Shown piece after piece: positions 40,594 through 49,819 of a stretch of DNA of 64,000 bases. The DNA comes from Gemmatirosa kalamazoonensis (GTDB taxonomy: Bacteria > Gemmatimonadota > Gemmatimonadetes > Gemmatimonadales > Gemmatimonadaceae). The notes beneath the pieces are model-generated. The model was not told where the DNA came from, did not search any database, and saw only the letters and a program-made list of their open reading frames with translations. The translations under genes and the position numbers were made by a program. Position 1 is the stretch's first letter. Every line of letters starts with the position of its first letter. The stretch spans positions 974,220 through 1,038,219 of the forward strand of contig NZ_CP007128.1 of assembly GCF_000522985.1 (NCBI RefSeq), given 5' to 3'.

Positions 40594-41901
40594 ATGCCCT
40601 CGAACTCCACGTCACTTCGACGCGCGGTCATCGCCGGCTTGACCGCGACCGCGCTCGCGACCGCCCCGCGAGCCGCTCACGCCCAGACCATCCTCTACAA
40701 GGTCTCCGTCCCGCGATCCGCCGTGACGCGTACCCTCGAGGAGGCCAAGAACGACACGGGCGTCATCTGCAAGGTGACCGCGAAGGACTACCCAGCGGTC
40801 AAGGACACTTCCGCGCGCGACACGCTTCTCGTGCAGATCCGCGGCGACGACCGCGAGCAGCTCGTCGCCGCGCCCCGTGGGATCTCGTTCGGCGTCGCCG
40901 GCGTCAAACCGGCCACGGTCGACAGCGGCCATACGCCCGCTGGCGTCGCCCCGATGAAGGGGAAGACGTGGACCGGCGCGCAGCTCACCGTCACGCGCAC
41001 GGCCGACCAGATGTTCATCTGCACCGCGTCGATCAAGCGCGACTCCGAGCCCGACGACTCGACGCGGCACCCGTTCCGCGCCGGCGTCGGGGCGAGCTTC
41101 ACGCCGCTCAGTGGCGTGAGCAAGGTCGAGCTGTACTACGACGTGACGATCTTCCTGCCGGACGCGTTCCGCACGCCGGCCGGCCATCGTGCGCGCTGGG
41201 GCATCGACGCGGGGCTGACGAACGGCCGCTTCGCCGGTACCAGCGACACGTCCGCGAATCCCGCGGTCGCCGCCGTGGCGCACCCGGGGAAGGAGCCCGG
41301 GAAGACCGACTCGGTGCTCTACATCCGTCAGAGCGTGACGACGACGCATGCTCGCAGCAGCGACCTGCTGTCGCTCTATCTCGCACCGACGTTCCGACTG
41401 TCGCCCGGCCTGTTCTGGGTCGCGCATGCGGAGGCGACGAAGCGCGACCTTTCGACGACGGTCACGCTGAAGACGACGAAGCCCGACTCGACGCTGTATC
41501 CGGGCACGACGCTTCCCGACACGGTCAGGCTGCGGCCCCGCATCCAGCCCGCCGGCACGACCGTTCCGCCGCTGGCCGACACGACGCGGACGTTCCGCAG
41601 CACGCAGTACGACGCGTTCTTCGGCACCGGCCCGCTCGTGGTGATCAAGCGGTCGCAGGTGGAGTTCCGGACGAAGCTCATCTTCGGCGTCGGGAGCTAT
41701 GGCCCGGTGACCACGGGGTCGTACGTGGGCAGCTTCCGCGTGACCGACTTCGCGCACTCGTTCAAGCTGGGCGGCGAGGTGCGTGGCGAGTTCGCGAACA
41801 CGAACCCGTCGATCATCGTGTTTCTCGCGAAGGACTACGACATCAAGCACCTGGCCGAGTTCATCTTCGGCAGCAGCAGCGGCGACTCGTCCAGCAAGTG
41901 A
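40594..41901 (+). CDS. Hypothetical secreted protein (Thr/Ser/Lys-rich, possible outer-membrane protein)
   Basis: Signal peptide MPSNSTSLRRAVIAGLTATALATAPRAAHAQ. Amino-acid composition is atypical for this window (Lys-rich). Confidence 0.4.
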   Translation: MPSNSTSLRRAVIAGLTATALATAPRAAHAQTILYKVSVPRSAVTRTLEEAKNDTGVICKVTAKDYPAVKDTSARDTLLVQIRGDDREQLVAAPRGISFGVAGVKPATVDSGHTPAGVAPMKGKTWTGAQLTVTRTADQMFICTASIKRDSEPDDSTRHPFRAGVGASFTPLSGVSKVELYYDVTIFLPDAFRTPAGHRARWGIDAGLTNGRFAGTSDTSANPAVAAVAHPGKEPGKTDSVLYIRQSVTTTHARSSDLLSLYLAPTFRLSPGLFWVAHAEATKRDLSTTVTLKTTKPDSTLYPGTTLPDTVRLRPRIQPAGTTVPPLADTTRTFRSTQYDAFFGTGPLVVIKRSQVEFRTKLIFGVGSYGPVTTGSYVGSFRVTDFAHSFKLGGEVRGEFANTNPSIIVFLAKDYDIKHLAEFIFGSSSGDSSSK

Positions 41902-41928
41902 GCGGCTCGGGTGGGTCGCCGCTGCCCG

Positions 41929-43428
41929 TTAGGCAGGACGAAGCGCCGACGCGGCCTCGGCCCGCGCGGCCGCGTCGAGCCCGTCGACGAGCGACGCGAG
42001 GTGCGCCGGCGTCGTGCGCGGGTTCATCACCGTCGCGCGCAGCACGCGGCGGCCGCCGAGCACCGTGGCGGTGATCCAGCCCGCGCCCGACGCGTTGTAG
42101 CGGGCGCGGGCCCGCGCGTTCACGAGATCCAGGTCGTCCTCGTCGCAGGCTCCGTCGCCCACCCAGCGGAAGCACAGGATGTTGCACTCCGGCTCGTGCA
42201 GCGGCACGAACCGCGGGTGCGCCGCGAGCAGGTCGTGCAGCGCGCGCGTGGTGTCGCACAGGTGCGCGTAGAGCGCCCCGAGCCCGTCGGCGCCGTAGCG
42301 CTGGAACGCGACCCACAGCTTGAGCGCGTCGGCGCGTCGCGTGCACTGGAAGCTGCGCACGCCTTGGTCGCGCACGCGGTCGCCGGGATCGGCGCCCTCG
42401 ACGAAGTCGGCGGTGAAGAGATAGGGCGCGTGCTGCGCGAACGCGGCCTCGAGCCACCGCTCGTCGCGCACGAGCACCACGCCGGCCGCCATCGGGAGCA
42501 GCAGCATCTTGTGCGGATCCCACGCGATGGAGTGCGCGCGCTCGATGCCGCGCACGCGAGCCGCGTGCTCGGGCGCGAGCAGCGCGCTCGCGCCGTGCGC
42601 GCCGTCGACGTGCAGCCACACGCCGCGCGTCTCGCACCGGTCGGCGATCGCGTCCAGGTCGTCGAAAGATCCGGTGGCGGTGGACCCCGCCGTCGCGACG
42701 ACGGCCATCACGCGCCGGTTGGCACGCTCCAGGGTGCCTAACGTTTCATCGAGCGCCGCGACGTCCATGCGGTGGTCGCGCGACGCGACGTGCACGACGG
42801 CGTCGAGACCCAGTCCCATCTCACCGGCGGCGCGCGCGACGGCGTAGTGCGCGTGCTCGCCGCAGACGATCACGGGCGGCTCGGCGCCGACACCCTTCGT
42901 CCACACGTCGGGGATCGCGCGGCTGCGCGCGGCGAGGAGCGCGGCGAACGTCGCCTCGGTGCCGCCGGACGTGAACGTCCCGCCGGCGTGCGGGCCCAGC
43001 CCCGCGAGGTCGGCCATCCACTGGATGACACGCGCCTCCACCGCCGTCGCCGTCGGGGACATCTCCTGCACGGCGATCGACTGGTTCAGCGCCGCGACGA
43101 CGACCTCCGCCCATGTCGCCGCGGGGAGCGGGCCGCCGACCTGGTGGCCGACGTACATGGGATGGTGCAGTCGGTTCGCGTCGGCGACGACGTCTCTTGC
43201 GAGTCGCGCTGCCACGTCGGCGATGGGGCGGCCGGTGCGGGGCAGCGGCTCGTCGAAGCGTTCGACGAGCTCCTGCGGCGTTCGCGCGGTGGAGACGGGA
43301 CCTTCGCCAGTGCCGGCGGACCCGAGGTACTCGGCGGCGACGTCGACGAACGGGAGCGCGGCGTCGCGCGCGGCGTCAGCGAGGAAGGCGGCGAGGACGT
43401 CGGCGGCCGCGGCGTAGGGTGCGGGCAT
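41929..43428 (-). CDS. PLP-dependent decarboxylase (group II, aspartate/glutamate decarboxylase-like)
   Basis: ...HHPMYVGHQVG...SGGTEATFAALLAAR...HVDGAHGASALL...WDPHKML... is typical of the pyridoxal-dependent decarboxylase family. Confidence 0.7.
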   Translation of the reverse strand: MPAPYAAAADVLAAFLADAARDAALPFVDVAAEYLGSAGTGEGPVSTARTPQELVERFDEPLPRTGRPIADVAARLARDVVADANRLHHPMYVGHQVGGPLPAATWAEVVVAALNQSIAVQEMSPTATAVEARVIQWMADLAGLGPHAGGTFTSGGTEATFAALLAARSRAIPDVWTKGVGAEPPVIVCGEHAHYAVARAAGEMGLGLDAVVHVASRDHRMDVAALDETLGTLERANRRVMAVVATAGSTATGSFDDLDAIADRCETRGVWLHVDGAHGASALLAPEHAARVRGIERAHSIAWDPHKMLLLPMAAGVVLVRDERWLEAAFAQHAPYLFTADFVEGADPGDRVRDQGVRSFQCTRRADALKLWVAFQRYGADGLGALYAHLCDTTRALHDLLAAHPRFVPLHEPECNILCFRWVGDGACDEDDLDLVNARARARYNASGAGWITATVLGGRRVLRATVMNPRTTPAHLASLVDGLDAAARAEAASALRPA

Positions 43429-43486
43429 GCCGCAAGGTAAGCGGCGGTCGGCGGGCGCTCATCCGTCCGCGACCCCGGATGCACTA

Positions 43487-43511
43487 CGCGAACGGCGCCC
43501 GGGATGACCGG
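43487..43511 (-). terminator. GC-rich stem-loop downstream of tRNA-Phe (terminator candidate, no U-tract)
   Basis: GGCGCCCGGTCATCCCGGGCGCC is a perfect hairpin on the minus-strand transcript. Confidence 0.3.
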
Positions 43512-43543
43512 GCGCCGTCTCGTAAGTCCTGGTCCTGCAACGA

Positions 43544-43616
43544 TGGCCAGGGACGGAATCGAACCGCCGACACGGGGATTTTCAGTCCCCTGCTCTACCA
43601 ACTGAGCTACCTGGCC
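43544..43616 (-). tRNA. tRNA-Phe (anticodon GAA)
   Basis: The reverse complement reads GGCCAGGTAGCTCAGTTGGTAGAGCAGGGGACTGAAAATCCCCGTGTCGGCGGTTCGATTCCGTCCCTGGCCA. Canonical cloverleaf, A73 discriminator. Confidence 0.85.
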
Positions 43617-43714
43617 GCACGCCCCATGTCCCGGAACGTCCGCGAAGGATAGACACCTAAACGCCTGAACGCAACCGGCTTACACCCCTCAGTCAGCCAG
43701 CCAAAGGCACGCGC

Positions 43715-44110
43715 TCACCGCTCCAGCGGCCACCGCGCCGTGATCACCGACTTGATCCCCCCCCGCACGTTGAAGTCCCCCGTCACCTCCATCCGCTTCG
43801 GCTGCACCGCCGCCGCCAGGTCGTCGAGGATCCGGTTCACCGCCCGCTCGTAGAAGATCCCGTCGTTCCGGAAGCTCCACAGGTAGAGCTTCAGGCTCTT
43901 CAGCTCCACGCACACCTCGGCCGGCACGTATCGGATGCGGATCGTCGCGAAGTCCGGCGCCCCGCCCTCGAGCGCCTTGAGGTCCGTCGCGTCCCCCTCG
44001 ATCCCGCCAAGCGGACAGAGCGACGTGAACTCCGCGGACTCCATGTAGATGTCGTAGTCCCGGTCCGGATACGGGTTCGGGAACGTCTCGAGGATCTCTG
44101 GCTTCGGCAT
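43715..44110 (-). CDS. queF: NADPH-dependent 7-cyano-7-deazaguanine reductase (type I QueF)
   Basis: ...EFTSLCPLGG...VELKSLKLYLWSFRN... carries the QueF motif and catalytic Cys. Confidence 0.85.
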   Translation of the reverse strand: MPKPEILETFPNPYPDRDYDIYMESAEFTSLCPLGGIEGDATDLKALEGGAPDFATIRIRYVPAEVCVELKSLKLYLWSFRNDGIFYERAVNRILDDLAAAVQPKRMEVTGDFNVRGGIKSVITARWPLER

Positions 44111-44185
44111 GGCCGGAAGCTAAACGGGCAGGTATCGCGCGTGGGACGTGGCTCGTCCTCCGACGAACCCGCCGGATCCCGTCGA

Positions 44186-45064
44186 ATGTCCCCGTCGCTC
44201 GTCAGGCAGCGCGCCGCCCGCGCCGCCGTCGTCTTCGCCGCGGCAGCCGCCGTCGCCGCCTGCGCCGACGCGCCGTCCGCCCCGCGCCGCGCGCCCGCCC
44301 GGCCACACGCGGACATCACCGCTAACACCGGCGACCTCCTGCTCGCGCTCCAGCAACCCGCCACGGGCGACCTCGCGTACTGGGTCGTCCGCGCCGGGAC
44401 CGTCGTCGCCACGCAGCCCTACGGCGACGTCCCCGCTGCCTGGCGCATCGTCGGCGCCGGCCATCTCGTCGTCGATCCCGAGACCGCGCTCCTCTGGCAC
44501 AACGGGACTACGGGCGATCTCGTCGCGTGGTACTTCGGCACGAGCGGCACCCTCGACAGCACGCGCGCCATGCCGAGCGCGCCGCTGCCGTGGCGCGTCG
44601 CCGCGGTCGCCGACATGAACGGCGACGGCCGCTCCGACCTCGTGTGGCACGACGCCACCTCGGGCGCGGTCATCGTCTGGCTCATGGACGGCCGGACCAT
44701 CGCGTCGTCCGTCTCGCTCGGCGCGGTCCCGACCGAGTGGCGCCTCGCCACGGCGGGCGACCTCGACGCCGACGGCCACCCGGAGCTGCTCTGGGAGAAC
44801 ACGCAGTCCGGTGATCGCGTCGCCTGGCGCATGAACGGCACGGCCGTCACCGCCACGACCGCGCTCGGCACCGTCCCCACGAGCTGGTCGATCGTCGCGG
44901 TCGCCGACTGGGACGGCGACGGCCACGCCGATGTCCTCTGGCAGGACGCCGCCACGAGCGCGCTCGCCGTGTGGCGCATGAACGGCCTCGCCCATCTCTC
45001 GACGCTCACCCCGGCGAGCCCGCCGGCGCCGTGGCGCGTCGCCGGTGCAGTGGTCGCCCCATGA
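44186..45064 (+). CDS. Lipoprotein with FG-GAP/VCBS-like repeats
   Basis: Lipobox AAVAAC. Four or five repeats of ...GDL..W....G..... / DxNGDG. Confidence 0.45.
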   Translation: MSPSLVRQRAARAAVVFAAAAAVAACADAPSAPRRAPARPHADITANTGDLLLALQQPATGDLAYWVVRAGTVVATQPYGDVPAAWRIVGAGHLVVDPETALLWHNGTTGDLVAWYFGTSGTLDSTRAMPSAPLPWRVAAVADMNGDGRSDLVWHDATSGAVIVWLMDGRTIASSVSLGAVPTEWRLATAGDLDADGHPELLWENTQSGDRVAWRMNGTAVTATTALGTVPTSWSIVAVADWDGDGHADVLWQDAATSALAVWRMNGLAHLSTLTPASPPAPWRVAGAVVAP

Positions 45065-45065
45065 C

Positions 45066-45170
45066 GCCGGCGCTGATGAGTCGGCGCTGAAAAAGCGGCG
45101 CTGGAACCGCGCGGCATCAGAGCCGCCGTTCCAGCGCCGAGGTATCAGCGCCGCCCCATCAGCGCCGCCT
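45066..45170. repeat. Family-H hairpin: [GGCGCTGA]x3 ... [TCAGCGCC]x3
   Basis: Lies between the convergent stops of the FG-GAP gene and the rhomboid gene. Confidence 0.65.
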
Positions 45171-46114
45171 CACAGTGTCGTCGAATTGTTCCGCAGCTTG
45201 CGCGACATCTCCTCCAGCAGGTGCCGCTCCTCGAGCGTGAGCGAGTCGAGCCCGTGCTGCGAGATCTTGTCGAGCACCAGGTCGAGCGCCTCGCGCCGGC
45301 TCGCGGCGGTCACGGTCGTCGGACGCGGCGGCGCGGGGACGACGGGGCGCGGCGGCTTGTTCATCGTCAGCGCCTTGCTCTGCTCCACCACCTCGTCCAC
45401 CTCGCTCTGCCGCTCGCGCGGCCGGGGAAGCGACCGCGGCACGGGGCGCGGCGGCTCGTCGCCGAGGTCGGGCGCCGTCGCGACGCGCTGTCGCAGCCGG
45501 TCGACCGACGGGGCGCTCGGCCGGAGCAGATAGAGCAGACCGAACGCGGCGCCGCCGAGGTGCGCGAGATACGCCACGCCGCCGCCGTCCACGCTGCCGG
45601 CCGACAGCGCGCCGGCCGCGAGGTTGAGCGCCACGAGGAAGAGCGCGAACCAGCGCATCTTCATCGGCACGACGAGGAACAGGTACATCTCCTCGTTCGG
45701 CCACCGCATCGCGTACGCGACGAGCACGCCGAAGATCGCGGCCGACGCGCCGACGAGCAGCGCCTCGTGCGGCACGAACAGCGACTGGAACACCACGCCG
45801 CCCAGCCCGCAGAACGCGTAGAAGAACACGAACGCGCGCGTCCCCATCGCGCGCTCCACGCGGGGCCCCAGCGCCCAGAGCATGTACATGTTCACGGCCA
45901 GGTGCCAGAACCCGGCGTGCACGAACATGTAGGTGAGCGCGGTCCACGGCGCGCCGTTCCGCACGTCGGCGAACTGGAAGCCGAGGAGCGTGGGGAAATC
46001 CCGCTGCAGCGTGAGCTGCACGAAGTAGATCGCCACGTTCGCCGCGACCAGCCACAGCACGGCCGGGGTCAGGCGCGGGACCTCGTAGTCGTCGGACGAC
46101 GCGGGAAGAGCCAT
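45170..46114 (-). CDS. Rhomboid-family intramembrane serine protease
   Basis: GASAAIFG (GxSG) and AHLGG catalytic-His motifs. Multiple TM helices. Confidence 0.8.
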   Translation of the reverse strand: MALPASSDDYEVPRLTPAVLWLVAANVAIYFVQLTLQRDFPTLLGFQFADVRNGAPWTALTYMFVHAGFWHLAVNMYMLWALGPRVERAMGTRAFVFFYAFCGLGGVVFQSLFVPHEALLVGASAAIFGVLVAYAMRWPNEEMYLFLVVPMKMRWFALFLVALNLAAGALSAGSVDGGGVAYLAHLGGAAFGLLYLLRPSAPSVDRLRQRVATAPDLGDEPPRPVPRSLPRPRERQSEVDEVVEQSKALTMNKPPRPVVPAPPRPTTVTAASRREALDLVLDKISQHGLDSLTLEERHLLEEMSRKLRNNSTTL

Positions 46115-46275
46115 GGGGCCTGCGCGATACCTGCGCGGTGAAGCGGGGACACGTCAGCGGGTCTCGTACCCGCCCCGTGCCGCGGCGGTCCGCGCCGACT
46201 GAAGCTCCCAGCCGTCGGCGCGGATTGACGGGAGAGCGTGCGTTGCGGGAGATGTGCCAGCCGCCGAACGACCCG

Positions 46276-47322
46276 TCAGGAGCGTGGGCCCGGCCCCGTG
46301 AGCGCCTGCCTCACGATGCGCTCGCACAACTCGGGAAACAAGATCCCGGCCGCCGCCGCCGCCTGCGGGATGAGGCTCAGCTCCGTCATCCCCGGCAGCG
46401 TATTGGCCTCCAGGCAGAAGAAGTTCCCGAGCTCGTCCATCCGGAAGTCGACCCGCGCGTACCCCTTCAGCTTCAGCGCGTCGAACGCGAGCCGCGCCTG
46501 CTCCTGGATCCGCCCCACCGACTCCTCCGGCAGGTCGGCCACCCCCTCCTCCGCCATCCCCTTCGTGTACTTGCACTCGTAGTCGTAGATCTCGTGCTTC
46601 GGCTTGATCTCGATCACGGGCAGCGCGTCGGCGCCGAGTATCCCGACGGTCAGCTCGCGTCCGGCGACGAAGCACTCGACCATCACCTCGTCGTCGTACT
46701 TGAACGCCTCCGCCACCGCGGCGTCGAGGTCCTTCGCGTCCCGTACGACGGTGAGCCCCACCGTGGATCCCTGCTTCGACGGCTTCACGACGAGCGGCAG
46801 CCCGAGCGCGTCGGCCTCCGCGTGGAAGTGGGTGCGTCGTGCGGTGCTGCTGTCGGGCGACGGCGCCATCGTCCAGTCGGCGGTGCCGACGCCCGCGGCG
46901 CGGAACAGCGTCTTCGACAGGTGCTTGTCCATCGCGATCGCCGAGCCGAGGTGGCCACTGCCGGTGTAGCGCACGCCGGCGAGGTCGAACAGCGCCTGCA
47001 GCGTGCCGTCCTCGCCCTGGCCGCCGTGCAGCGCGAGGAACACGACCTCCGCCTCGCGCACCGCCGGCCACTCGGCGAGCCCCGGCGGGATGGACCCGCC
47101 GCCTAACGACGACAGCGCCTCGAGAGACGGCGGCGTGGTGCCGACGCCGGCGTCGAGCAGCGCCTGCTCCTCGTCGCGCGTCATCGCCGCGCCGCTTCCC
47201 GCGGGATCCACGCACGTCACCTCGTGCCCGCGCGAGCGCAGCGCCGCGGCGATGCGCAGCCCCGAGTTCAACGACACGTCGCGCTCGGCGGAGAAGCCGC
47301 CTAACAGAACCGTGATCTTCAT
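46276..47322 (-). CDS. ddl: D-alanine--D-alanine ligase
   Basis: MKITVLLGGFSAERDVS... and an ATP-grasp C-terminus ...FFCLEANTLPGMTELSLIPQAAAAAG.... Confidence 0.9.
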   Translation of the reverse strand: MKITVLLGGFSAERDVSLNSGLRIAAALRSRGHEVTCVDPAGSGAAMTRDEEQALLDAGVGTTPPSLEALSSLGGGSIPPGLAEWPAVREAEVVFLALHGGQGEDGTLQALFDLAGVRYTGSGHLGSAIAMDKHLSKTLFRAAGVGTADWTMAPSPDSSTARRTHFHAEADALGLPLVVKPSKQGSTVGLTVVRDAKDLDAAVAEAFKYDDEVMVECFVAGRELTVGILGADALPVIEIKPKHEIYDYECKYTKGMAEEGVADLPEESVGRIQEQARLAFDALKLKGYARVDFRMDELGNFFCLEANTLPGMTELSLIPQAAAAAGILFPELCERIVRQALTGPGPRS

Positions 47323-47342
47323 CAGCGTGGACTCTTCTTTTG

Positions 47343-47427
47343 GACCGCAGAGGACGCAGGGGATCGCAGAGGAACGCCCACGACGATGTGTCGGTTTCCT
47401 CTGCGTCCTCTGCGTCCTCTGCGGTTC
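47343..47427. repeat. Family-A hairpin
   Basis: GGACCGCAGAGGACGCAGGGGATCGCAGAGGA ... TCCTCTGCGTCCTCTGCGTCCTCTGCGGTTC, between the ddl start and the CBS stop. Confidence 0.7.
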
Positions 47428-47442
47428 ATGCTTTTCGGATGG

Positions 47443-48870
47443 CTACCGCGTCATCAGGAACTGCAGCACGTCGCTGCGCGTGACGATGCCGGTCACGCGG
47501 CCACGGTCGGTCACGAGCAGCGCGGGCGACGCCTTCGAGAGGAGCTTCGTCACGGCGTCGACCGCCTGCCCCGCGTCGACCGTCGGGAACGCCTCGTCCA
47601 TCACCTCGCCCACCGTCGCGTCGAGGAAGCGCGAGCTCTCGAGGCCGCGCGTCGTCAGATGGTACTCGGTCACGCTGCCGACGCACCGGTCGCCCTCCAT
47701 CACCGGCAGCTGCGAGACGTCGTGCAGCTTCATGAGGCCCAGCGCCTGCCGCACGAGCGCGCCCGGCGCGGTGCTCACGAGCTGCGGGACGTCGGCGCCG
47801 CGCTGCGCGAGCAGGTGGCCTAACGTCGCGCGGTCCGGCTCCAGCAGCTGGTTCTCGCGCATCCACTCGTCGTTGTACAGCTTCGACAGGTACCGCTCGC
47901 CGGTGTCGCAGAGGAACGTCACCACGCACGCTCTCGGGTCGTCGAGCTGACGCGCGAGCCGCAGCGCGACGTGCGTGATGAGCCCCGACGAGCCGCCCAC
48001 GAACAGCCCCTCCTCGCGCGTCAGCCGCCGCGCCATCGCGAACGAGTCGCGGTCGCTCACGGTGTGGAACTCGTCGACGAGCGAGAGGTCGAGCGTGCCG
48101 GGAAGCTTGTCCTGTCCGATGCCCTCCACCTTGTACGGCGTGCCGACGGGCTTCTCGCCGGCATCCCCGCCGCTGTTCCGGCGTCGGAACAGCTCGGCCA
48201 GGATCGACCCCTGCGGGTCGCCGGCGATGATCTTCACGTCGGGGTTCCGCTCCTTCAGGTAGCGCGCCACGCCGGTGATCGTTCCCCCGGTCCCCGCCGC
48301 GGCCACGAAGTGCGTGATGCGTCCGTCGGTCTGCTCCCACAGCTCGGGGCCCGTCGTCGCGTAGTGCGCGTCGGGGTTCGCCTGGTTGTAGAACTGGTTC
48401 GCGAGGATCGCGTTAGGCGTCGCCTCGGCGATCCGCTTCGCCATCATCACGTAGCTGTCCGGGTGGTCGGGCGGCACCGCGGTCGGCGTGATGATCACCT
48501 CGGCCCCGAACGCCTTCAGCAGACGCACCTTCTCCTGCGACATCTTGTCCGGCATGGTGAAGACGCACCGGTAGCCGCGCATCACCGCCGCGATCGCGAG
48601 CGCGACGCCGGTGTTGCCGCTCGTGCCCTCCACGATCGTCCCACCGGGCTTCAGCGCCCCGGACCGCTCCGCCGCCTCGATGATCGGCAGCCCGATGCGG
48701 TCCTTCACGCTGCCGCCGGGATTGAAGAAGTCGGCCTTGCCGTACACCGGCGTGCGGCAGCCGCGCACCACGCGGCTCAGCCGGATGAGCGGCGTCCAGC
48801 CGATGGTCTCGAGCACGCTGCCGTACGGCCGCTTGTTTCGAACCACCTCGGGAGTCGCGACGATCGTCAT
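47443..48870 (-). CDS. Cystathionine beta-synthase (PLP domain plus tandem CBS domains)
   Basis: ...NPGGSVKDRIGL... PLP lysine motif, ...GTSGNTGVALA.... The C-terminus has two CBS domains. Confidence 0.8.
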   Translation of the reverse strand: MTIVATPEVVRNKRPYGSVLETIGWTPLIRLSRVVRGCRTPVYGKADFFNPGGSVKDRIGLPIIEAAERSGALKPGGTIVEGTSGNTGVALAIAAVMRGYRCVFTMPDKMSQEKVRLLKAFGAEVIITPTAVPPDHPDSYVMMAKRIAEATPNAILANQFYNQANPDAHYATTGPELWEQTDGRITHFVAAAGTGGTITGVARYLKERNPDVKIIAGDPQGSILAELFRRRNSGGDAGEKPVGTPYKVEGIGQDKLPGTLDLSLVDEFHTVSDRDSFAMARRLTREEGLFVGGSSGLITHVALRLARQLDDPRACVVTFLCDTGERYLSKLYNDEWMRENQLLEPDRATLGHLLAQRGADVPQLVSTAPGALVRQALGLMKLHDVSQLPVMEGDRCVGSVTEYHLTTRGLESSRFLDATVGEVMDEAFPTVDAGQAVDAVTKLLSKASPALLVTDRGRVTGIVTRSDVLQFLMTR

Positions 48871-48894
48871 ATGGTCTGTTCGATGAGGCGGTTC

Positions 48895-49085
48895 TGGTGC
48901 CGCGGTTCTGGTACGGCGGTCCTGACGAGGCGGGAGGGGCGGAGACCGCGGGACCGAAACGGCGGGGCAGGCGAGGCGGGGCCGGAGCGGCGGCTTGCCG
49001 CCGTGTCGGAACCCCCGATTCGGAACCGCGTCACTCGCCCCGCCGCACCCGCCCCTCCCGCCGTCGCGGAACCGCAGGATCGGAA
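48895..49085. repeat. Large imperfect palindrome with [GCGGTTCTGGT]x2 ... [GGAACCGC]x3 arms and a GGCGGGAGGGGCGG / CCGCCCCTCCCGCC core
   Basis: Intergenic, upstream of the CBS gene and downstream of the TonB-like gene. Confidence 0.5.
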
Positions 49086-49093
49086 CCGCCCCA

Positions 49094-49645
49094 TCAAAAC
49101 CGCTTCAGGGAGGTGTCCGTCGGCAGGGGCGGTGCCGTCGGGTGCCGGAACAACACGGGAAAGCGGATGCTCCGCCCCACCGGCCGGCCGTCGCGCACCG
49201 CCGGCGCGAACCGCAGCGCCGCCGCCCCGCGCACGGCCGCCGAGTCGAGCGCCGCGTAGCCGGACGACGCGATCACGCTCGTCGACTCCGGCCGCACCCG
49301 CCCCGTGGAGTCCACGTGCAGCCGCAGCGTCACGTCCCCCTGCACCTTCCGCGCGTACAGCTCCGTCGGATACCGGAACGGTGGCTCGACGTTCAGCATG
49401 CGGGGTACAGTACCCTCGGCCAGGTCGGCGGCGTTCGCCAGGCGCGCCGGCGGCAGCGCGGTGCCGTCCCGCAGCACGGCGTGCTCCCCGCCGCCGCACG
49501 CGCCGAGGCACGCTGCCGCGCTCGCGGTGACACACGCCACGCGCGCGACGCGCGACAGTCGTTCGCCGATCTCGACCCGTCGTCCCGGGGCTGTAAGTTC
49601 CGAGTCCGTAGCAGTCTCTCCGGAGTACGACGGCGGGTGCGGCAT
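49094..49645 (-). CDS. TonB C-terminal-domain protein, membrane-anchored
   Basis: C-terminal ...PPFRYPTELYARKVQGDVTLRLHVDSTGRVRPESTSVIASSGYAALDSAAVRGAAALRFAPA... is a TonB_C fold. Start chosen at MPHPPSYS inside track ORF 49094..49822. Confidence 0.55.
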   Translation of the reverse strand: MPHPPSYSGETATDSELTAPGRRVEIGERLSRVARVACVTASAAACLGACGGGEHAVLRDGTALPPARLANAADLAEGTVPRMLNVEPPFRYPTELYARKVQGDVTLRLHVDSTGRVRPESTSVIASSGYAALDSAAVRGAAALRFAPAVRDGRPVGRSIRFPVLFRHPTAPPLPTDTSLKRF

Positions 49646-49819
49646 GTCGCGCAATCTACACGCCCCGCTCGTCGAGGTGCCCGACGCCCCCGACGTCGTC
49701 GTCGCCGTTGCGTGCGCCCGCGCGCATGCGTCGTAAGAGGTCAGCCCCGCCTCCCCGCCTCGCTCGATTCTCCTCCAGGCCGTACCCGGATGCGCCCCGC
49801 TCTCTCCCCCGGCTCTCGC

